The position numbers and the translations under genes were made by a program. A stretch of 64,000 nucleotides of DNA, taken from the NCBI RefSeq assembly GCF_018350175.1, contig NC_058368.1, positions 22,756,001 through 22,820,000 of the forward strand, in the 5' to 3' direction. This document shows positions 55,089-64,000 of this stretch, piece after piece. Each line of letters begins with the position of its first letter. The stretch's first letter is position 1. The notes beneath the pieces were generated by a model. It searched no databases. It was not told the origin of the DNA and saw only the letters and a program-made list of their open reading frames with translations. Origin of the DNA: Felis catus. Its lineage: Eukaryota.

Positions 55089-56299
55089 CTGGAAAAAGGA
55101 TGCAGAAATGTTAACAGCACTGATGGTGCTGGATGCGTTGACAAAGGGCTGCCATAAACGTTAGGCTTGTGCCAAATCGATGGAGTTCAGGGCCTGGCAA
55201 AGCAGCGGTTTCCAAAATTTTATCATATAATTTCTATCAGTACATTTTTTTCCCAAGTATGTACCACCAAAATATGTATGGTGTGTGTGTATACCATCTA
55301 TGTTTGTAGGTAAGTTATAAAACACACACAGCCCAAACATCAAAAACAGAGGAGATAAAAACAGATTCTAGTATTTTCTCTATGTACCAAGAGGTGGTCT
55401 CGCATACTTGCAGGCGTGCCCAGCTCTGCAGACCACCGCTCCAGAGATGCTGAGGCTGGGTTTGGCCCCGTGGCTCAGCCGAATGCCGGCCTGGCCGAGA
55501 TTGATCTGTTGGAGTGAGTGGTATTCGTCACAAAGCAAGAAATTCCCTTGTGCTTGCAGATACCTCGCAAAGACGTCAGCTGGCAGCTCATTTAATTCGG
55601 ACATGAACATTTTAAAAGTACGGTATTAGTGGCAACACAGCCAAAACCAGAAAACTTCTTTTAAGTTATTTAAAAATTCTTAACTTGATTTTTGTGGTGG
55701 GCAGAAGCTCTTCTTTAATAAAGAGGAAACAAATTCGCATTTGGAAAAGAAAGAAAATACGAATTCTCCGTCTTCCCCCTCTCGGCAACCTAGCACTGTC
55801 TGATGGTCTTCTTTGAATGCAATTCAAGTCTTTGAGGAAAACTGAAGAACTCCTTAGCCTTAGGGGTTAACATTCCTGCTGCTTCTCCCCAATTTTTCAG
55901 CCTCAGAAAGGTCCTGAACTCCAGCCTGGCACTGAGAATTCACCATCACAGCGGAGTGTGCCACTGGAAAATGTACTGACGACAGCAACTGAACTCTTCT
56001 CTAAGAAAATATGCGTGTTTTTACAGCTTTCTGCTCCTTTTAAAATGCGTATTTGTGAGCTTCCAAATGCCTCCAAATGTTTTCAAAGCTTCATTTTGGT
56101 CATAAACTTCATGTCTATTTTCACATAATGAGGGGAAATGCCACAACTACTTAAAAGTTAAAATAGGTGTGTGTCAGTTGATGTAAAATACAAAAAAGAT
56201 TTATTTATAACCAAAAATTTTAAACTCTTGGTATATTTAGTTTTAATTGTACTCTTTGAAATAACACATAGATAAGGTTTTAAAAAATCAAAAGCATTC

Positions 56300-56498
56300 T
56301 TTTTGTTTTTTTTTATTATTTTTTTTAATTTTAGAGAGAGACAGAGTGTGCGTGTGAGCAGGGGAAAGGGGCAGATGGAGAGAGAATCTTAAGCAGGCTC
56401 TGTACCTACGTGGGGCTTGATCCAACGACTCTGGGATCACGACCTGAGCTAAAGTCAAGAGTTGGATGGATGCTCAACCGAGCCACCCTAGCGCCCCC
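56300..56498 (-). mobile_element. CAN-SINE
   Basis: SINE body with TSD-like aaa(a/g)cattctttt. Confidence 0.85.
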
Positions 56499-56639
56499 AA
56501 AAACATTCTTTTAAATACTTTATAGTTTAAATACTTAGTATTGACAGACACATGTTTAGAGAAAGCCTTTTTTTTAAAAAGTCACATTTCAATTGGTATT
56601 GTTCTTATTGATATGTCCTATGACCTAGGAATAATAGGG

Positions 56640-56707
56640 TTTTTTTTAATGTTTATTTTTGAGAGAGAGAGAGGGAGGGGGGAAGGAGAGAGAAAGAATG
56701 AGAGAGA

Positions 56708-56749
<42 letters not shown>

Positions 56750-56923
56750 AAACTTGTGCATGTGAACAGGGGAAGGGCAGAGAAAGGAGACACAGAATCC
56801 CAAGCTGGCTCCATGCCGTCAGTGCAGAGCCTGATACAAGGCTCAAACTCACCAACCGCAAGATTAAGACCGGAGCAGAAATCAAGAGTCGGACGCTTAA
56901 CTGACTGAGCCACCCAGATGCCC
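56640..56923 (-). mobile_element. CAN-SINE with expanded (GA)n tract
   Basis: (GA)n at 56661-56746; head gagccacccagatgcccc. Confidence 0.9.
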
Positions 56924-57705
56924 CAATAATTTTAATACTTATCTCTGAAGTCTGTGTCTTCTTTCCCCATACCAGCTATATTTCCTGTCAATGGATCTGG
57001 CAGATTATCAGGAAGTGTCACACTTAAACTACCACAGTTATCTCTGTAGGACAATCGAGTAGCAGTCAGTACATGTTTGTCTTTTTCTTAACGTAGTTTC
57101 CATTTATTATACTTAGGTTAATCTTTTATAGTCTTAGAGTGGCTGAGGATAGAATCCCCTTTGTCTTAACATTCCCGATTTATGTCACTCTGTGTAATCT
57201 GGAAAATGATTTGGTGCTCTTTATCAAAATTATGATTTCCAGCAATGGAAAACTTGTTTGACAGTAAATTTTTAAAACTTGCAAATTAGAGAAGTTCCAT
57301 AATAGGATAAAAAATTATTCAAATAAGGGGGATGATGTTTATATATGCTAATTTTATTTAAAAAAACCTTTCCTTATATCCAACACTCTTAAAGAGTTCC
57401 TCATTATAGTTTCGCTCTCCTGAAGTATTTCTAGCCATTCATGTTGAAGATGTGGTTTCACTTCTTAGTATTTCTACACTAAAGATTTTAGAAAGAGTAA
57501 AGATGACCTTCACTTTGCATCATACATCTAATCCACAAATGTCTGTGGGTAAAGAGTACATACTTGATTGAATTGCATCTTCAGTGTATAAGCAAGTGTG
57601 CTAAGTTAGGGAATTATATGTATTTATTCCTTTAAAACAAGAAAAGGCCTTTTGCAAGATAAACAATGTTTCATATTTACATAAGGTGAAATGATAAGTA
57701 CTTAC

Positions 57706-57755
57706 TCATTTCTGCCAGTTTCTGTTGAAATTTGGATTCCCCTGGGAGATGTTTA
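57706..57755 (-). CDS. RB1: RB1 exon 26: (S)KHLPGESKFQQKLAEM
   Basis: ctgcag| ... TGA|gtaagt; 50 nt; phases consistent with neighbouring exons. Confidence 0.96.
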
Positions 57756-58263
57756 CTGCAGATTTAAAAAAGACAAAACATTTCACATGTATACAGATAA
57801 ACGGAAAACTCAAAATTTTAATAACTATGGTGATTTCAACGACTTACTTTATACTCTTAGTGAGTGACTTTTAATTTCAACAGTTTATGAACAAAAAACA
57901 TCTAAAATATAACCATCACAAATTTAGAACCTTTTTGTATTTTGTCAGTGAGTCTTACAAAACACAGTAAATATTTTTCAAGAGTAAGCACTTAAAAAGT
58001 CTAACGTTAATCATAACGAATTTTTATTAATAGCTTTATAAAAAAACATGAAAAAACATCAGATTGCTAGTAGCCAATATTTTCAATGACTTTCAGTAGG
58101 CAGTACATGATTTATATGGTGCTTTTAACTTTGGGATACATTCCTACCTATTTTGAGCAACGTTCACAACTTCCAAATGAAATTGGCATAAAAGGGCCTG
58201 GTGGAAGTCAGGAGCACAGCTGCACTCTGGCTTCTCCACAGGACCATTTCAAACCTGTTCCTA

Positions 58264-58407
<144 letters not shown>

Positions 58408-59679
58408 CTACAAATTACAGAATTCTTTATTTTAAATCATTAAATGCCAGAATCTTGCAGTTAGCAACCTTTAACTGTAGTCTGAGGGGTGTCAAAAATC
58501 AGCTGGGGTAATACCTGCATTTTCATTTTCTGCTTTATTGCACCAAATGAGATATGAAAAATCTTAGAATCAGTGTAACTACACTTACCTCTGCCCCAAT
58601 TAAATACCCTCCTGTCTCTCCCCATGAGGCTTCTCGCCTTCCTCCAACAAGTCTGACTTACTCTGAAAACCCTGGTTCCTCATTTTGGGAACCCACCCAC
58701 ACACAAAACCAAGGCTACTCCTCAGAAGTGTGTAAAGTTAGAATGGCTTTCTGGAACCTTATGGGTTTTGTTTGTTTGAGGGCATAACAGGACCAAAGAG
58801 ACTATCACAAGAGTCTAATAAGAAGTGAAATATCTTTTCAATAATAATTCTGGATTTGCTTTGTGGGTATTATGTCGACAAGTCATATAGTTTATATATT
58901 TTAAACCATTACTGATAACAATATTTATTGAAATGTGAATTCATTAAGTTTTTAAATAAAAATTCAAATATCAAAAGACTTTGAGTCCATTCATTATTAC
59001 TGGAGATGATTTGCAATATACATCTCTTGAGGGAGAATCCTGTCACAGCAAAGTAAAGGAAGCTTTGGTAATAAGTACCGAAGGGGACACAATAACTTAT
59101 TTCATCCAAGGGACAAACACACGGGAAAATTCTATTTCTAAAATTCTATGTCTAATTTAGAACTGGAGCAGGCGATTACCTCAGGGATGTGTATGAACGT
59201 GTTCATCTGAACTAAAAAATGAAGTCAGACTGTTGATAGAAATATTAAGTCTGACTGATCTGACAGTGAGGATTAGCTCTGTTAATTAAACTTTACTTTC
59301 CAAAATTTAAATGAGGTAATTTTCTAAAAATTAAATGCAAAAACAAGTTTAGATGGAAAATATATTTAGAGCACATCCTGTGTACGTATCAAATTTATGA
59401 TAAGATTTTTAGTTATCAGCTTTAAAGTATATAAGTACCTGTAACATTTTCTCAATTCTTTTAGAGGTTATAGCAAGCAGAAAAGTTTGAGGACCCCTAC
59501 TCTATTCGGATCCAGATCCAACTCTTCCTATGTGGTCCCACATCTCTTTTGTGAAGCCTGATAGCTATACCCTAATTTGAGCTCAATACCACAGCATTTA
59601 CTACTTGCAACATATGTTTTAACACTCAGTCTTTTAGGATACAAACCACCATCCTTCTCTAGTTATTTCATTTGAGGCA

Positions 59680-59965
59680 GTGGGTAGGCAGACTCTAGAA
59701 TGGCACTCATGAATCCCCACCTCCTAGTTTCTACACGCTTGTGTAATACTCCCTTCTCTGAGTGTGTGGATTGGACCTAGTGTTACCTTGCTTCTGACAA
59801 AAATAAGACAAAAGTGATGGAATATCACTTTCAATATTAGTCACAAAAAGACCGTGACTTCCATTTTGCTCTATACCTCTCTCTTTCTTCTTGCTCCGAG
59901 GGAAGCAGGATGCCATGTTGTAATGAGTGGCTCCATGTAGAGGCTCAAGTGACAAGGAACTGATG
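59680..59965 (+). mobile_element. MLT1-like LTR fragment
   Basis: 'ggtaggcagactctagaatggc...ccccacctcct' and 'gccatgttgtaatgagtggc' MaLR-like motifs. Confidence 0.65.
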
Positions 59966-60231
59966 GCTTAGAAAAATCTATGTAATGTATTATATAATTT
60001 CAAAGGATGTTTAAAAAACCACTTTGAAATTCACCAATTAGGAGTATAATTTGAAATTAAATGTGATTTGAAAATAAAACTATTTTTCTTTCTTTCTTTC
60101 TAAATTCTATGCAATATGCATTGATGAGGTGTTTGAATAATAGCATTTGTTAATTCAAGTTAACAGAAATCTGCAATTTCTTTTATAGTTACAATGAATG
60201 CTCCTGTATTTTACAGAAAGAAAATACTCAC

Positions 60232-60262
60232 CCCAAATGATTCACCAATTGATACTAAGATT
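60232..60262 (-). CDS. RB1: RB1 exon 24 (31 nt): (R)ILVSIGESFG
   Basis: ttgacag| ... GGG|gtgagt; ends in phase 0 into exon 25. Confidence 0.95.
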
Positions 60263-60458
60263 CTGTCAAGATAAAATACAAATTAGTAATGAAAATCATA
60301 TATAACTGTGCAGAGATGAACATACATCATTCTAAGCTATTAGAAATACCAAATCAAAAGTTTGCTCTACCCCAGAACCACAACAAAATTATAGTCATCA
60401 GTGGCTTATTCTAACAATGCTACTCTAATCATACACTGAGCTGGTCTCTTAGATTTTT

Positions 60459-60669
60459 TTTTTTTCAATGTTTATTTATTTTTGGGACAGAGAGAGACAG
60501 AGCATGAATGGGGGAGGGGCAGAGAGAGAGGGAGACACAGAATCGGAAACAGGCTCCAGGCTCTGAGCCATCAGCCCAGAGCCTGACGCGGGGCTCGAAC
60601 TCACGGACCGCGAGATCGTGACCTGGCTGAAGTCGGACACTTAACCGACTGCGCCACCCAGGCGCCCCC
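60459..60669 (-). mobile_element. Very young felid CAN-SINE in RB1 intron 23
   Basis: Near-consensus body; perfect 19-bp TSD GCTGGTCTCTTAGATTTTT at 60440 and 60670. Confidence 0.96.
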
Positions 60670-60984
60670 GCTGGTCTCTTAGATTTTTAAAGAACTTCAT
60701 GACTGAAAGACTATATTCTGCCACTGTCCACATTTAAAGAAGATAAAGGAAAATTTTAATTTATCCATATTTAATTCTCATAAATCAGTGCGTAAGATAA
60801 CAATTAAAATTTCTTTCACATTTTCTCATTAAAAATTTGCCTAACATTTGGCAAAAACTTATAGTATTAAATAATCAGTATTCGAATTAAGATTTCTACT
60901 GATATATAGTAAAGTCTGTCATATATCTTAGAATCAGAAATCTCTATTAGTCTGTCCTTGTTTGAACCATATAATTTATGTTCT

Positions 60985-63900
60985 TTGGTTTTTGTCTGAG
61001 TATAGTTGACACATTATGGGTACACTAGTTTCAGGTGTATAACACAGTGATTCAACAAGTTTATACATTATGCTATACTCACAAGCTTAGCTGTTTGTCA
61101 CTATGTATTGCTATTACAGTATCACAGACTATCATCACTAGTGTCACTACACATGCTGTACCTTTTATTCCCATGATTTACTTATTCTGTAACAGGAAGC
61201 CTGTATCTCCCACTCCCCTTCACTCATTTTGCCCATCCCATAACTCCCTCCCCTCTGGCAACCGCCAGTTTGTTCTCTGTGTTTATAGGTCTGATTCTGA
61301 TTTTTGTTTATTCTTTTTTCTTTTTTTTAGATTTCACTTATGAGTGAAATCATGTGGTATTTGTTTTTTTTTGACTTATTTCACTTAGCAGAGTATCTTC
61401 TAGGTCCATCCATGTTGTCTCAAATGGCATAATCTTGTACTTTTTAACTGCTGCATAATATTCCCTTGTACATATATACCACATCCTCTTTATCCATTCA
61501 TATATGAACGGACACTCAGGTTGCTTCCATATCTTAGATATTGTAAATAATGCTGCAGTAAACATACAGGAGAACATATCTTTTAGAATAAGTGTTTTAA
61601 TTTTCTTGGATAAGTACCCAATAGTGGAATCATATGGTATTTCTATTTTTAAGTTTTTGAAAAGCCTCCACACTGTTTTCCGTCATTGGCTGTACCAGTT
61701 TTATATCCCCAGCAACAGTGTACGAAGGTTCCTTTTTCTCCATATCCTCACCAACACTTGTTATTTCTTGTCTTTTTGATTCTAGTCATTTTGCAGGTGT
61801 GCTATCTCACTATGGTTGATTTGCATTCCCCTGATGATTAGTGATTTTGAGTATCTTTTTGTGTATCTGTTGGCCATCTATACATCTTCTTTGGAAAAAT
61901 GTATATTCAGATTCTCTGCTCACTTTTTTAATTCAATTGTTTATTTGCTGTTGAGTTGTATGAGCTCTTTATAAATTTTGAGTATTAACTCTTTTTCAGA
62001 TATATGGTTTCAAATATTTTCTCCCATTCATTAGCTTGCCTTTTCATTTTATTGATGGTTTCCTTTGCTGTTCAGAAGCTTTTTATTTTGATATAGTTCC
62101 ACTTGTTTATTTTTGCTTTTGTTTCCCTGGTTTTGAAGACATATTGAGAAAAAAAATGTTGCTACAGCTGATGTCAGAGAAATTACTGTCTATGATCTCT
62201 TCTAAGAGTTTTATGGTTTCAGGTCTCACATTTTGGTCTTAATCCATTTTGAGGTTACTTTTGTGTAAGGTATTAAAAAGTGGTCCACTTTCATTCTTTT
62301 ACACGTAGCTGTCCAGTGTTCCCAGCACCATGTATTGAAGAGTTGGTCTTTTCCCCACTGTATGTTCTTTCCTTCTCTGACATAGATTGACCATATAATC
62401 GTTGATTTATTTCTGGGATATTTTGTTCCATTGATCAATGTGTTTATTTTTGTGCTAGTACCATGCTGTTTTGATTACTACAACTTTGTAGTAATTATGA
62501 CATTGAAACCTTTCTTGAAATCTGGGATTGTGACATTTCCAGTTTTATTCTTTTTTTTTTTTTTTAATATTTACTTTTTGGGAGAGTGCAAGTGGGGGAG
62601 GGGCAGAGAGAGGAAGACAGAGAATCCAAAGAGGGCTCTAAGCTGACGGTCTGGCAGCAGCATGCCTGATGTGTGGCTCGAACTCACAAACCACAAGATC
62701 ATGATCTGAGCCAAAGACAGACACTCAACCTACTGAGCCACCCAGGTGCCCCTGTTCTTTTTCAAGGTTGCTTTGGTTATTCAGGGGTCTTTTGTGGTTT
62801 CATACAAACTTTGTATTATATGTTCTAGACTGTGAAAAATGCTATTGATATATGGATAGGGATTGAATTGAATCTGTAGATTGCTTTGGGTAGTATGGTC
62901 ATTTTAACAATATTAATTCTTCTAAGCCATGAGCATGGAATATGAGCATTTGTTTGTGTCATCTTCCATTTCTTTCGTGTTTTATAGTTTTCAGATACAC
63001 ATCTTTCACCTCTTTGGTTAAATTTATTCCTAGGTATTTTATTCTTTTTTGGTGCAACTGTAAATAGTGTTGTTTTCTTAATTTCCCTTTCTGCTACTTC
63101 AGTATTAGTGTATAGAAATGCAACAGATTTCTGTATGTTAATTTTATATCCTACAACTTTACTGAATTCACTTATTCGAGTAGTTTTTTGGTGGAGTCTT
63201 CAGGATTTTCTATGTACAGTATCATGTCATCTGCAAACAGTGACAGTTTAACTTCTTCTTGACCACTATGGATGCCTTTCATTTTTTTTCTTCCCTGATT
63301 GCTATGGGTGAAGCTTCTAGTACTATGTTAAGTAAAAGTGATGGGAGTGAAAATCCTTTGTCTCACTCCTGATCTTAGAGAAAAAGCTCAGTTTCTCACT
63401 ATGATGTTATCATGTGGTATGTATCATGTCATCTGTGGGTTTTTCATATATGGCCTTATTATGTGGAGGTATGTTCCCTCTAACACCACTTTGTTGAAAG
63501 TTTTTTATCATGAGTGATGTTGAATTTTGTCAATGCTTTTTCTGGGTCTACTGAGATTATCATATGATTTTTATCCTTTGTTTTGTTGATGCACTGCACA
63601 ATGTTGATTGATTTGTAAATATCAAACCACCCTTGCACCCCTGGAATAAATCCCACTTGCTTGTGGTTAATGATATTTTTGATATGTTGTTGAATGTGAT
63701 TTGTTAATATGTTGTCAAGGATTTTTGTATCTATGTTCATCAGGGATACTGGCCTGTAGTTTTCTTTCTTTGTGGGGACTTTGTCTGGTTTTGGTTATCA
63801 GATCAGGATAATTCTGGCCTTGTAGAATGCATTTGGAACCTTTCCTGCCATTTCCATTTTTTTGGAATAGTTTGAGGAGAATAGGTATTAATTCTTCTTT

Positions 63901-64000
63901 AAATATCTGGTAGAATTCATCTATTAACGCATCTGGACTGGACGTTTATTTTTTGGTAGTTTTTTGATTACTGATCCAATTTCATTACTAGTAATCAGTC
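60985..64000 (-). mobile_element. Carnivore L1 3' half (degenerate ORF2 plus 3'UTR), runs off the window; sense to RB1
   Basis: ORF2 peptides ([30 protein letters not shown]) with many stops. Confidence 0.92.
62551..62752 (-). mobile_element. CAN-SINE nested in L1
   Basis: T tail, body, gagccacccaggtgcccc; flanked by (t/g)ttctttttt. Confidence 0.88.

Noticed and set aside
56618..56913. ORFs with ER/SL dipeptide runs
   Set aside because: Derived from the (GA)n tract of a CAN-SINE.
60263..64000. Nested LPAR6 gene or further RB1 exons
   Set aside because: LPAR6 lies in RB1 intron 17 and exon 23 is further upstream; only intron 23 with SINE and L1 sequence is visible here.

Overview
This is mammalian nuclear DNA from a cat-family animal (felid-type tRNA-derived CAN-SINEs and felid-like LINE-1). 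It holds two convergent genes. (1) RCBTB2/CHC1L on the + strand: two probable 5'UTR exons and 12 coding exons (23586-47858) that I spliced by hand into an intact 1656-nt, 551-aa ORF with RCC1-like repeats and a BTB domain; polyA signal at 48954. Exon 1 and the promoter probably lie just left of the window. (2) The 3' end of RB1 (retinoblastoma) on the - strand: exons 24-27, a ~1.8-kb 3'UTR and a polyA signal at 53209-53214. The rest is intronic or intergenic and rich in L1 (including a full-length, TSD-flanked but dead copy at 12316-19476), CAN-SINEs, MaLR/ERVL LTR fragments, L2/MIR and microsatellites. I see no prokaryote-type or wholly new gene system. The most interesting signals are regulatory: an out-of-frame mini-ORF ending 2 nt before the internal RCBTB2 start, a 260-nt pyrimidine microsatellite that forms a splice acceptor, an L1 promoter placed antisense just upstream of an RCBTB2 exon, a perfect 28-bp palindrome in the RB1 3'UTR, and a young SINE next to the 31-nt RB1 exon 24. 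Comparisons with human sequence are from memory and need alignment. Repeat family names and most repeat boundaries are by eye.
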